The notes beneath the pieces are model-generated. The model ran no database searches, was not told the origin of the DNA, and saw only the letters and a list, made by a program, of their open reading frames with translations. A stretch of 63,776 bases of DNA, counting the filler, from Octopus bimaculoides (lineage: Eukaryota): assembly GCF_001194135.2 (NCBI RefSeq). It is 6 parts of 6 records of this genome, joined end to end, with 100 filler letters (N's around TTAATTAATTAA, not from the genome) between each part and the next. Parts side by side here need not be neighbours in the genome. Positions count along the whole stretch, not along the records: positions 1 to 29,256 come from NC_068990.1; 5 more parts are not named here. The stretch is one strand, 5' to 3'. Every line of letters starts with the position of its first letter. Position 1 is the stretch's first letter. The position numbers were made by a program, and so were the translations under genes. Positions 13,828 to 27,058 of this stretch are shown here, piece after piece.

Positions 13828-14159
13828 TATATAAAATTATATATATTCGTCCTATATTTGGGACTGCCATGTTGGCTTGGCGATAATTATTAATATATAT
13901 ATTCTTTTATTCTTTTACTTGTTTTAGTCATTTTGACTGCGGCCATGCTAGAGCACTGCCTTCAGTCGAACAAATCGTCCCCATGACTTATTCTTTGTAA
14001 GCCTAGTATTTATTCTATCGGACTCTTCTTACTGAACTGCTAAGTTACAGGGATGTAAACACACCAACATCAGTTATTAAGTGATGGTGGTGGGGACAAA
14101 CACAGACACACAAACATATTCCTCCTTTGTTATCTCCCCTTTTTCGTAGCTCTCCTGTG

Positions 14160-14360
14160 TGAACTTTCTGTCCGGCAGTCGTCATGATAGATCGCTGACC
14201 ACGACATTTAAATTTTTTTTCTCCTTATTTCTTTCTGTTGAATAGCGTAGCTCGAAACGTTACAGACTTTCTCTATTCCCGAGTGTTAAACTAATACATC
14301 CTTTTGTTGTTTACACCACCTGTCCTCGTCTGTTGTTTTTTTTTGTAAATTCTCCCATAC
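14160..14360 (+). repeat. PLE pseudo-LTR-like repeat with variant hammerhead motif
   Basis: TCTTT-CTGTTGA-A-TAGC-GTA-GCTC-GAAAC-GTT-ACAGA at 14230-14266; same family as 1-160. Confidence 0.65.
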
Positions 14361-15232
14361 ATATATATATATATATACGATGGCGTCTTTCAGTTTCTGT
14401 CTAGCAAATCCACTCATAAAACTTTGGTCAGCCTGAGGCTATAGTATAAGACACTTACCTCAGGTGCCACATAGTGGGACTGAACCTAGAACCATACACA
14501 CACACATGTACATATATCACAGGACTCTTTCAGTTTCAATTGGTCAAGGGTAATATTTGTATTGTGTTTATATACATACATATATATATACACCCTACCA
14601 ACAATATACACGTTTTTATGTATAAGAGTGAGTGAACAAATGAAATAAAATAACATTCAACACATTTAGTTGAACATATATATATATATATTCATAAGTG
14701 TATGTGTGTGTGTGTATGAATATATGTTTATATATGGCATGTCTGTATATGTATATATATATATATCTGCACACATGTATATGTATGCATATATATGCAT
14801 ATATATATATATAATATATATATATATATATANNNNNNNNNNNNNNNNNNNNNNNNNNNNNNNNNNNNNNNNNNNNNNNNNNNNNNNNNNNNNNNNNNNN
14901 NNNNNNNNNNNNNNNNNNNNNNNNNNNNNNNNNNNNNNNNNNNNNNNNNNNNNNNNNNNNNNNNNNNNNNNNNNNNNNNNNNNNNNNNNNNNNNNNNNNN
15001 NNNNNNNNNNNNNNNNNNNNNNNNNNNNNNNNNNNNNNNNNNNNNNNNNNNNNNNNNNNNNNNNNNNNNNNNNNNNNNNNNNNNNNNNNNNNNNNNNNNN
15101 NNNNNNNNNNNNNNNNNNNNNNNNNNNNNNNNNNNNNNNNNNNNNNNNNNNNNNNNNNNNNNNNNNNNNNNNNNNNNNNNNNNNNNNNNNNNNNNNNNNN
15201 NNNATATATATATATATATATTTATATTTATG

Positions 15233-15266
<34 letters not shown>

Positions 15267-16946
15267 CTATATCTGTCTGTGTCTGTGTGAAGGAGTATCT
15301 ATCAGCCATTTCAGAGAATGATTAAATGTATTGGTTTTTAACAAACTGAATGATCAGCCTATTTCTTTGATATACTTTTCATTGTGACATAAAACAGACA
15401 CCCATCCCTTAACCATCGCTTTACTGGAAAGAAAAATATCTAAGAGACCAAAAAGACCAATCCTCTATACATTTTTAAGAAACATAATTCAGATAGCGGT
15501 TAATTCCATTGATGTGCAGTTTTGAAAGGAGTTTGTCTGGAGGTACATCTTATCTTGGTTCTATTCAAGTTTCTGAGAAGGTCAAAATAATTTCTTGTGA
15601 CATTGTATATATATGGCTGAGGTTTCTGCCAAATATAAATCCCATTTTATGTCTGTTACTTTGATTGCAGCAGAGCAACAGATTAAAGTTTTCTTCCTAA
15701 CGTCTAGACATTTCTGTTGATTGTTGCTTGGAGTAGCCAGGTTGGAATTTTAAGAATTTTTCCTTTTCCTTTGTTTATGCTCTTTTTTTGTTGTTGTTGT
15801 TGTTGTTGTTGTTAAAATCAGCATTAATCAAAGTTAATCCTCATACCACCACCACCACCACTGCTGCCACCACCTCCATCACCATTCCTACCTATCACAA
15901 CCAGCACCAACACTGCATAACCATCAGTCTTCTCGTACCTACAGCTATGTATTATTTTGTTGTTTACTCTGTTAAAAATGAATTATTTTTCTCCATAGAC
16001 ATAACATAGTTTTGTAGACAGTTGACGTAAACACTCCTATAAACATTTGATGTTACTTTTTGTTTAGCTTAGCTACATGTCAACCCTGATTGAGCTAACC
16101 TTTGATCAGATACTTTCTGATCATGGCCATCATGTCCTTTTTTTAGGTATTTTTATAAATCAACTACATTATTTAACATGTCTTATTTTTCTTTAAAAAA
16201 ACCGTAAAGTGTATTTGGTGGACAGTTGGCAGCTATTTCTTGTGGGCCAATTGGCCACTTGGAGATTTTTATTAGGTCATGAGTCCACATGGAGGTTTTC
16301 TCAACTGCTGTTTCTTTCTCTTTTTCTCAGAATAATTCTGAATTATTAGGATTCTCTTTACCCCATGGCATGCAAACTTGACTGAATTTATGAACATGAA
16401 ATAATTTTCACCAACGGATGCTATCACTAAAGTTTTAAGATTCTAGTTTTTAAATTTGTTGATCGCATAAATTGGTAATGTCAACATATCATGTTAATAC
16501 TTTCAAGATGGTGCTTTCAACACCAAATGTCTCAAGAAATGCTCACTGGTGCATTTGGCTGCACTTTAGACAATTACAGAATCTGCTAACTGAATGATCA
16601 TGGAGTCTCCAAACTTGACCTAACCAGTAATCTTTCATGCTTTTTTCCTTTGATTTTATCCATTGCAATTATGTGATCCAGTGTCTGTTTTTAATTTATT
16701 TCCATGCAAATACGTCTGCAGATACAGAGTTATATAGGTGTTTGTATGTACATATATGTGCATATGTAAGTGCATGTATATATATATATATATACACACA
16801 CACACATAAAGAGTGTTTCCATCAACTGTCTACGAAAGTATATTATTTCTATGGAGAAAAATAATTCATTTTTAACATAGTAAACAACAAAATAATGTAT
16901 AGCTGTAAGTATGAGGAGACTGACGGTTTGCAGTCTTGATGGCGGT

Positions 16947-16998
<52 letters not shown>

Positions 16999-17019
16999 AA
17001 TATACATGTATTATAGTAA

Positions 17020-17950
17020 TTATATCTAAAAAAATACTTTGTGGTTAGTTATTCCATTTGGTAAGCAAGTAAATTATAATTTTTCAAAATTGTTCAATAC
17101 CGTAATAGAAAAATATTTTCCTATAAATCATATACAATATAAAATTTTTAATAAGCATAAGGTCTGGTTGGCTTATTCTAACAGTAGAAATGTTGCACAA
17201 ATAACACATAATGTAAAATAATATTGAAATTTCAAAATAGCTATTCTAATCAGAGTGGCAAAGTAAATGTTTAGAATAATAATGTCAAATAGAATAAAAA
17301 AAAACTCAAATAGAAGAAAACAGTAAGAATTTAAATGTTGTGGAAAGGGAAACAATCCAATTTAATATAATGAATAACGTAAAATTGAATTAAAATTCAG
17401 CTTGAAATAGTACAAATATAACATTATATGAAAAAATAAATAGTAATAAAGTACTTGGTAGAAATGAATTTGATTTTACCATCAATGATCAAATTAATAC
17501 TAAATCTGAGAGAAATATTAAAAATTTTCTCTGCAATTGCTCAAAACGGGACTCCTGTTATGAGAATAATAAATGTAATACTAGATATATAATATATAGA
17601 TGTAAATTTACATCTGAGGGAAATGAATAATTTTACATTGGTGTGACTGCAGTGATTTTCAAAAAGCAACTAACCAACCACTTAAATTCATTTAGGGATA
17701 AAAATAAAAGATTCAAAACAAGTCTAAGTAAATTAATCTGGTCTATTAAAACCAGAAACAAAGACTATACTATCAATTGGGAATTAATTAGTACTGCAAA
17801 AATCATACAAACAAGGAAATAATAAATGTGACTTATGTATAGAATAATTTTACCAAATTTTTACATTCAAGGGTGATATAATAAATTCTAGACTGGAACA
17901 AGCTTTAAGATGTTTGCATCTGAGAAAATTTACCTTTGCTCAATATAAAT
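17020..17950 (+). mobile_element. Penelope-like element fragment: RT C-terminal region plus GIY-YIG endonuclease, decayed
   Basis: WLVIPFGKQVNYNFSKLFNTVIEKYFPINH..YKIFNKHKVWLAYSN; then NC....C....KC....IIYRCK...YIGVT...FK....NHLNSFR....KTSLSKLIWSIK.....INWELI...NKCDLC...RCLHLRKF. Confidence 0.85.
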
Positions 17951-18066
17951 GAGTTATAAACATTTAAACAATGAAATGTTTTGAAATAAATGACAATAAA
18001 GAATAAACAAGTAATTAGCCAATCAAAACTTGAGCTGAAGATAGTTCGAATCCAAATTAACATATA

Positions 18067-18365
18067 AGGGCCTGGGAACAGGAGGTGCAGATGGTGCACT
18101 TGCACTCCCTAAAATTTTGTTGGGGCTGCAAAAGCAAAATTTGCACCTACTACATAATTTTCCTGGTTTAGAAGATAGTTTCTAAAAATTAATCTGTAAA
18201 AAGTTGCTTGAAGTTAGGTTTCTTTTCAAAACAAGGACAAAGGACAAAAATAAATAAATAAAAAAAGTCTTAAATGCTAACTGATGAAGTTGGTCGTAAA
18301 ATTCCCAATGGAATTCTAGAAAGATATACTGCTGAACTAAAGCATTGTCAACATTAAAATTAAAA

Positions 18366-18401
<36 letters not shown>

Positions 18402-19155
18402 TTACACACAAACACACACACACACAGACACACAGATGTATATGTATATATATGCATATATAATTAAAATTGTAGGGTAAAAAATTGGATATTAATTAAT
18501 AACAATTTGATACCAGGAAACTAGCACATTAAAAGAATCAGGAGATTCAGAAAAAAATTATCTGAGATCTCAAAAGCATTATTGTATATGTATATATAAA
18601 AGAGACCACTAAGTGGACTGCTTATGTGCTAGAAGAAGATCACTGAATAGCTCTCAAAGAAAAAAATTAGCAAAGCAAAAACATACGGCCGAGGCTAGTG
18701 AAAATTACAGAAATAAATACAAAGATTATCCGTAGACCAGATTTCGAAATCAATACTTTCTTACCGAAAATATCTGTTTCTCTTCAGTACGAACTGTCAA
18801 AGAAATATAATTCCCAGAATCATGTACTAGTTGTTCCCAACGAGTGAAGAACGTGCACATGGTTCTATTAATTATATAGAGTAAGGTTCAAGAGTCTTAG
18901 TTTTGGTGTGCTAAATCCGGAAATATCTCTGCAGAAAAATAATTTCCGCATCTTGGACTTTTCTATGAAGCCTCAGACTTGCCACGGAAGTCTCCTTGGA
19001 CCGTTGTGCTCTTTCAAGAAGTCTCAGACTTTTCCAGTAAGTGTGTTTTTCATGGACTTTTCAGGAAGTTTAACATTGAATAAATCCTCCTTTTCCACAA
19101 AAAAATTTTGGGTCCCGGTTTGCACCTCCTAATCAAATTTCATTCCTGGGCCACT
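18067..19155. mobile_element. Putative hAT-like non-autonomous element with internal passenger sequence
   Basis: Left AGGGCCTGGGAACAGGAGGTGCA; right end reverse complement AGTGGCCCAGGAAT...AGGAGGTGCAAA. Confidence 0.45.
18729..18793 (-). ncRNA. Type I hammerhead ribozyme motif with canonical core
   Basis: TTCGTA-CTGAAGA-GAAA-CAGATATTTTC-GGTAA-GAAAGTATTGA-TTTC-GAAA-TCTG-GTC-TACGGA: 6-bp stem I, long stem II, GUC triplet. Confidence 0.7.
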
Positions 19156-19719
19156 AAACTCCACACTATAGAATGTAAAGAAAATCAATGAAAATCTTTA
19201 AACAGTTAAATCAAAAGATATTAAAGTGAATACCCTGAACAAACTGCACTGTTATTACAGTAAGGTTGCAATTACAACTGTTACTAATCAGTGCAATAGA
19301 AACATGTGTAGGTCTATTTGAAGCTGTATATATATATATGAAAAGGAATCAAAGGTAATGCTAATGCTACTTTGAAATAATCCTTATTATTATCATTATG
19401 GATATTAAATAGTCCACGAAACCTATATGGTTAAGGTAATATATTTAGAATTATCTAACGGAATATATCTCTAAATTCTTATCTCATGAGAATTCTTACT
19501 GGATTTATATACTAACCATTGAATAACCTATTTTGAATACCAAACTGCAAACAAACCAGTAAACTTTTGGAGAAATCCCTTCTAATTACCAATATATATA
19601 TATATATATATATATAAATTTATGGGATGAAGTGGTAAGGACAGATCTAAGGGTGTTGGACTTTATGGGGGAAATAAAAATGGATTGAAATATCTGGTGA
19701 TATGAGGTTCTTGAGAAGA

Positions 19720-20264
19720 CCCACCCACGTCTGCAAAACTGAGTTCTAGAAGTGCTGTGTGTACCACAAGCACTGTCTTCCACCCACGTGTAACAATAAA
19801 ACTTTTCACACACCCTACTGCAATAAACCAAACTACATCTCTTCTTCATGCACTATACTTACTCCTAACTCTCCAATCCTGTCCTCATGGTCCTGTTCAC
19901 TGTATCATTGCTATCTGGTAGCCCTCCCCACCCTATATACCAAGGTTTTTACCACTCATTACACCCCCCCCCCTTTCCTATTCTCTACTCATGCTTCTTT
20001 GGCAATATCCTGCCACTTATATTATGACCTTTGAACCTCAAGGGTATACCCTGGCACTTGCCACCATCTATCTCTCTCTTATTTTACTCAACCATCCCAT
20101 TTATATTCTGTGGTATTCAAGGGTTTGCCCAGCACTTTGCCACCATCTCTCACCTGCTTTCTTTTATACTCTTGCTCTCTCTCACACTCTCTCTTCTCTT
20201 TTGATTTCCCCCATGCTGGGTACCTCCTTTACAACAGCACACCTGTTTCTCTACTTATTCCTGA

Positions 20265-20270
<6 letters not shown>
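19720..20270 (+). mobile_element. Probable very decayed PLE 3' region (C-rich)
   Basis: C/T-rich strand bias and weak resemblance to GIY-YIG region; similar blocks at 57720-58200 (-). Confidence 0.3.
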
Positions 20271-20317
<47 letters not shown>

Positions 20318-20942
20318 CCAGGTAACCTTGTACCTTCTCTACAGCAAGACACCTGTTTCTGTCTTTCTGTCTCACTATAATCTTCCATCATCTGACACAA
20401 GATTACCTCCTCCAATGCCCACTTCTCCTCTAAAAGGATTTTTGTCTTGCAAATTACTTGGTGACCCTGCTGGTGTGGATGCTATGTAAAAAGTATTCAG
20501 TCTACACTTTAAAATGGTTGGCATTTGGAAGGGCATCCAGCTGTAAAAATCTTGCCAAAACTGACCTCGCTTGTGCTTGTGCCATGTAAACAGCACTCAG
20601 TCCATTCTGTAGGATGGTTGGTGTTATGAAGGGTGGTTCCTGTTAAACCATGTCAGCATCGAAGGAGGATGTTAAACGATGATGATGATGATGATGATGA
20701 TGATGATAATATATATATATATATATATATTATTTTATGTATATTAATATTATCTCAGTTATTGAAACTTTCGATAATTTGAATATGTTAATAGTTACCA
20801 TGGGTAGCAAAATTACACTAAAAAACAAGATATCCCAGCCAATTTACAGGTTGAAATACCGAGTTAACGTGATACATTTTGAGAATATATGGATAATAAC
20901 AACAAATGGAGACATGCGTTTTGCTCCATTTGTTGTTATTAT

Positions 20943-20983
<41 letters not shown>

Positions 20984-21985
20984 ATATATGTCTGTCTTTG
21001 TGTCTGTGTTTGTCCCCTACCATTGCTTGACAACTGGTGTTAGTGTGTTTACATCCCCATAACTTAGCAAGTTGGCAAAAGAGAAATGATAGAATAAATT
21101 CCAGGTTTAAAAGAAAATAAGTACTTCATTCTGCTAAAATTCTTCAAGGTGGTGCTTCAGCATGGCCATTGTCTTATTACAAAATCAAATAAAATATAAA
21201 ACAATAAAAAAAGCTTTCAAGCTCCTCGTGGCTTTTTAAACTTTAAATCTTGATTTCGTTTATTCTACTTTTTTTCTGTTTTCTTGGTTTAGGCACTTCA
21301 AATTCTGTAAATCATTCTTCGTTTATAACCTCCTTAAGGAATGTTTCTTCTTTCCCTCTTAAACAGAAGCTTAGACTTTTCTTCTCTAGTTCTACTACAT
21401 CTTTTCATAATCATTAACCCACTTAGACCAAAACATAATCCAGCTTAGCCTCACTGCCTTTTTATTTGTTTTCCAAACACAGTCTATCTAGGACATAATG
21501 TCCAATGTATCCCTTATCTAAGATGCAAAGTGTGATTCAAGGAAGATCTAACTGCTGTTTCTAGCTGAGCAAATAACGACCATGTAGAGGCTTTTGTGCA
21601 ACTCATTCAAATCTATGTTTCTATCTTCTCTTCTCACTCTTCCTCTATAAGCATCAACTCTAACTGGCTTCACTAACTCTCTGCCAGCATCTTCTTGGGC
21701 AAATTCAACATGACTACAGAGAGAGACAGAATATCTAATAACATGAAACAATTTCAGATCAATAATTTGATACCAGGCAATAAAATTCTGATTAAATTAT
21801 TCAAACCATTTTTTTTTCTTTCCACAGGATATAATATACTATAATACACTTCAGGACATTCTCAATATATTTATTTTTCTTTTTTTCTTTTTTTCCCCTT
21901 TCTCTACTGATATTATGTTGTGAGTTTAGATTCTAATTATGTCTGTAGCATTCTCAAATATATGATTAAGCTAATAAATATGCCC

Positions 21986-22028
<43 letters not shown>

Positions 22029-22067
22029 ACTGCATTACTACATACATACATAAACACATGTATATAT

Positions 22068-22104
<37 letters not shown>

Positions 22105-22409
22105 TGAGTTAAGAGAAGTAACTGAGAATGGCCAGTGGTATGCATATGAACAACATAGACAAATGCAGATATAGAAAATACCACACAACATGACAGTATA
22201 ACATCAGTCATTCATTTTCTTAGCATAAGTCGAACATACATTGCATCAATCTTCATTTTCTTCTTCATCATCTTGTCTTATGCTCTCTTCAAAAGTTTTC
22301 TTCCATGCTCCAGTAACTCAATTGTGTGTGTGTGCATGTGTGTGTGTGTCTGTGTTTTTGCACATGTGTGTGTAAATGTTACTTGTGACAGATACACTGC
22401 TATAGGTAT

Positions 22410-22950
22410 ACCATTCAGCAGAAGAAAAAATCTGACATCTATTCATGTATTTACCAGGCACTTGTCCAAACAGTTCTTCTCTATGGTTGCTGATCTCCTG
22501 GAGCTGGAGGTCTTCTGTGTTGCTTCTGTATTCGTTGTTTTCTCCAACTGCATATTTCAGACAACATTTTGAACTGACAACTTTACACCTGTTGTGGTCT
22601 TTCACCTCTTGAGGGAACTCTCCTGACGAAGGTGGTTGGGTCGTGCATTGTGGTGCTTCCATGATGAGCTCATAGGGAAGGTGATAGCAGCAGATCCTCC
22701 CCAAAGTTGATATAAGAAGAGAGGTGGTTAGCTGAAGACATGATGCATGACAGTCAAAGCAGATATGGAGCTTGTTTCCGGCCCTCAAGTCTTTGGCATT
22801 TGTCACTGGAACTGGGAATGGCTTAAACATGGTGTAGAATCAGCCACTGACAGATGTGCATAGACCACTTTGATCCATGACACATTGAACTCGATAGAAG
22901 CTGGCTTAATGCCTCCCACATGAATGCTGTTACAAGACAAGAACCATGTA
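22410..22950 (+). mobile_element. RTE-clade LINE 3' fragment, decayed
   Basis: YQALVQTVLLYGC; RRWLGRALWC; GG*LKT*CMTVKADMELVSGPQVFGICHWNWEWL...ATDRCA*TTLIHD. Confidence 0.8.
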
Positions 22951-23004
22951 TCTAGGACAAATCGATATATATATATATATATGTATGTGTGCATTTATAC
23001 ATAC

Positions 23005-23051
<47 letters not shown>

Positions 23052-23054
<3 letters not shown>

Positions 23055-23467
23055 TTTTACTCTTTTATTTGTTTCAGTCATTTGACTGCAGCCATGCTGG
23101 AGCACCACCCTTAGTTGAACTAATCAACCCCAGGACTTAATCTTTGTAAGCCTAGTTCTTACTCTATTGGTCTTTTTTGCCAAACCGCTAAGTTATGGGG
23201 ATGTAAACGCACCAACATCTGTTGTCAAGCAACGGTGGGGGGAGGGGGAGTACACAAACATACACATACACTCATACAAACACACACACATATATATATA
23301 TATACAACAGGCTTCTTTTAGTTTCTGTCTACCAAATCCACCCACAAGACTTTGGTTGGCACAAGGCTATAGTAGAAGACACTTGCCCAAGGTGCCATAC
23401 AGTGGGACTGAACCCAGAACCCTCTGGTTTGTAAGCAAACTATTTACCACACAGCCACTCCTGTGCC
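23052..23467 (-). mobile_element. Full-length tRNA-derived SINE (most abundant family here; central microsatellite)
   Basis: Head ggagtggctgtgtggtaa...gggttcagtcccact, central (TA)/(TG)n, tail ccagcatggctgcagtcaaatgactgaaacaa-taaaag. Other copies or fragments near 3085, 12655, 13895, 14380, 20990, 27565, 30610, 30990, 34890, 40640, 49400, 57160, 59790. Confidence 0.85.
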
Positions 23468-24221
23468 TATATCTATATATGTGTGTGTGTGTGTGTATCT
23501 GGCCATGTATCCCACCATTGAATACTAATAGTCAGCCTAAGCGATTCACATGTGTAGCCAACTGTGAAGAACAAACCAGAGATACAAACCAATAAAAAAC
23601 CAATCACATTTAAATGCCACTCTATACCATCTACTACCATTCATAGCAGTCCAAAAAATGCACTCTGGCAGCAAACACCATGTGCCTATCAGCCACTGCT
23701 AAATTCGAACCATGATGAACAGAGAAGATGGTCTTGAAGTCAAAAATTTTAAACTAATGGAGATAACATTCCTCTATCACCCAAAGAAACACAACTAGAT
23801 CTCATTATGCAAACAAACAGCTGCATAATCAAATACCTGTATTCTCGAAGAACTACATTGCATCAAAACAATTGTGGCAAATAATAAATAAATGTCCAAC
23901 TGTACTCCTACTTCTTGACTCCAATTTTTTCAATTACCCATTTATTGCACTTGGTAGTGCAATGAAAAAACACTAGTGTAATAATAATTGGGTATTCTTC
24001 CAGCAGTATATTGGATAGATATTATCCCTTAGTGGGTTAGATTCACAACGCCTAACTTTCTTGGATATATATATATATATATATATATATGCTCGCCTAC
24101 AATATAGTGTGTTATTCTAGGAGATTTTAAGGTGGCAGTAGTGGTCTTTAGCGTCTATTTCTACAGTGCGTGGTGAGGCATATAGCCAATCCCTTGTTAT
24201 AATTATGTACTTAATTAATTA

Positions 24222-24270
<49 letters not shown>

Positions 24271-24470
24271 TCTATAAAATTGAATAGACAACTGAAAGAG
24301 CTACTAATAGTTTCATGCTGTCTTGGTATTTGAACAGGCATACTTATACAATACGCTATGTACCTTAAAGCAATCTTTCAGGCCCTGCTTATGCATTACA
24401 CACACACACACACACACGCACACACACACACACACACGCACACACACACATACACATACACACACACAGA

Positions 24471-24513
<43 letters not shown>

Positions 24514-25171
24514 TTATCTTTTTATTTATCTGTGTGTGTTAGTGTGTGTGTATTGTATTTTAGATTCCTAACCTGACTGGAAGTTTCTTAAACCCAAACT
24601 ACAAACAAAGACAACTGCATGTGTCAAGAAGAATAATATATAGTAAAGTATAAAAGTGTATGGCCACAGCATGGAGCAGTCAACAGGAAAGGATATCAAA
24701 CTGACATCAATTACAGATAAAATATAAATAAATTCCTATTATATAACAATGGCTATCTGGAGTTTTAAAATTTCACAATGCTGAAAGCTTTATCATTATA
24801 TGCAAATAATCCTATCTCTCTATGTAAATATGTTACAAATAACATTTCAGAGTCATAAACTCAAGGTTTTATGTGGTCATCAACATACCATGATGTCTGC
24901 ACTTGTCAATGGGAGCAAAATAAATGGCCACAGCATTGAGATGTCAGCAGGAAACAACATCAAACTGATATGATTTAGAGTAACCATAGCCAACCAAACT
25001 TTCGAACATCAAACTAATATAATTTAGAGTAACCATAGGCAACCAAACTTTTGAAAATTCTACACTGATAGCAGTGGTTCTAAGACTGTGAAGTAGTTTC
25101 CTTCTCATGAGGGCATCATGGTATTTAGAAGGTTTGTGATTTATCTTAGAAATAAAATATCTAATACAATA

Positions 25172-25665
25172 CAGGTACAGGAGTGGCTGTGTGGTAAGTA
25201 GCTTCTGTACTAATCACATGCTTCCGGGTTCAGTCCCACTGTGTGGCACCTTGAGCAAGTGTCTTCTACTGTAGCCTCGGGCCTACCAAAGCCTTGTGAG
25301 TGGATTTAGTAGACAGAAACTGAAATATGCTCATCATATATATANNNNNNNNNNNNNNNNNNNNNNNNNNNNNNNNNNNNNNNNNNNNNNNNNNNNNNNN
25401 NNNNNNNNNNNNNNNNNNNNNNNNNNACATATATTTATATATATGTGTGTATATTTATATGTTTGTGTGTCTGTGTTTTCCCCCACCATCACATGACAAC
25501 CAATGTTGGTGTGTTTACGTCCCTGTAACTTAGCAGTTCGGCAAAAAAGACTGATAGAATAAGTACTAGGCTTACAAATAATAAGTTCTGGGGTCGATTT
25601 GTTCTACTAAAAAGGCAGTGCTCCAGTATGGCCACAGTCAAATGACTGAAACAAAATAAAAGAAA
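25172..25665 (+). mobile_element. Full-length copy of the same SINE family (spans an N gap at its microsatellite)
   Basis: ggagtggctgtgtggtaagtagc...ccgggttcagtcccactg...gactgaaacaaaataaaag. Confidence 0.85.
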
Positions 25666-25681
25666 GTATAAAAAAATAATA

Positions 25682-25908
25682 TAACCCTTCAGCACTCAGA
25701 TTACTCTGTCAAATGTAATGCTTATTTATTGACATTGTTTTGAATTAGTCAGACATCACCTTGTAGCTTTGAGATTCTTGTGATGTGATTGCTTATTTTC
25801 AGAAGAACATTGTAAGATAGGTGTGAGAGGCTGAATCTGGCTGGTTTAAACATAAAACAGGTAGAATGTTTAGGCAGGATATGACTGGTTTGAATGTTAA
25901 AGGGTTAA
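25682..25908. mobile_element. MITE with TAACCCTT.AGCA terminal inverted repeats (TTAA-type, piggyBac-like ends)
   Basis: taacccttcagcactc ... gaatgttaaagggttaa. Confidence 0.65.
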
Positions 25909-27012
25909 ACACATTTTCACAAGCATTTTTGTTGGTATTCAAATATGAGTATGAAATTGTGTTATCAGTGAGCAGAAAATGGACTGATGATACTCCAAGG
26001 TCCAATATAATTTTATTATATAAATCTAGATTTAGAAATTCATATAAAAACCACACACACACATGTCTATATCATGTATGCACAAGTTAATTACACAGTG
26101 TGTGTGTGTGTAAGAAAAATGGAGAAATATACATGAGGATACTTCCATCAGCCATGGAGATCATGGCAAAAATTTGCAGCAATATGAAGACTGTGTCTGG
26201 CTTTTCTCTTCAAAGCCAGAAAATTATCAACCTCCATCAATAACTAACCCTTGAATAACGCTCAGAAAAGATTCATAGTATACTACAACTCCTACATCTG
26301 ATACGGGCTACTGCACTAGTCACATATATCCTAGACTACACCCAAAGGAAAGGAATATGATTGATTACCATAAAGTTATACTTCAACACATCCGTTGGTC
26401 CTAATACAGGTGTGTTGATGTGTTGTGTCCTCTCTCTTACTTTTTCTACCACTACTACAGTGGCCATTCCTCATAACAAACTCATCTAATGCTATCTCCA
26501 GTCAGGCTCTACTCCTCTCTTCATTCATATTGTATCCATGCCTATGCCTCCACATTCTGACTCTGTGCTAACAGCTATATCCAATTCTTCCTCTCCTAAG
26601 AACACCAGCCCTCTCTGACTCCCATCCTTGACCCTTTCTATCCTGCAGCTGTCCTACAACAAAGTTAATTACACTGATTTCACTAGTCTCAGAGAGCCTA
26701 TAAAGAGCTCCTTTCACACTGCACTTATGAAGGAAAATACATGAGGCCAAACTTATGAAACAAAAAGCATACATGTGCCTGTATATATAACTCTCCTTTT
26801 TGATAAATGTATAAAACGAGATGCATGCAAATACACACTCAAAGAGACGCTCATACAAACATGAAGACATATGCATACGTACACCTACTCATACTCACAT
26901 ATGCATGCTCTCTCTCTCACACACACTCATACAAGCTCAATGCATACAAACTGGTTAAGTAAATCATTTTTTCGAATTTTCTTTGTATTTATTTACAATG
27001 TCATTTTCTCTC

Positions 27013-27058
<46 letters not shown>

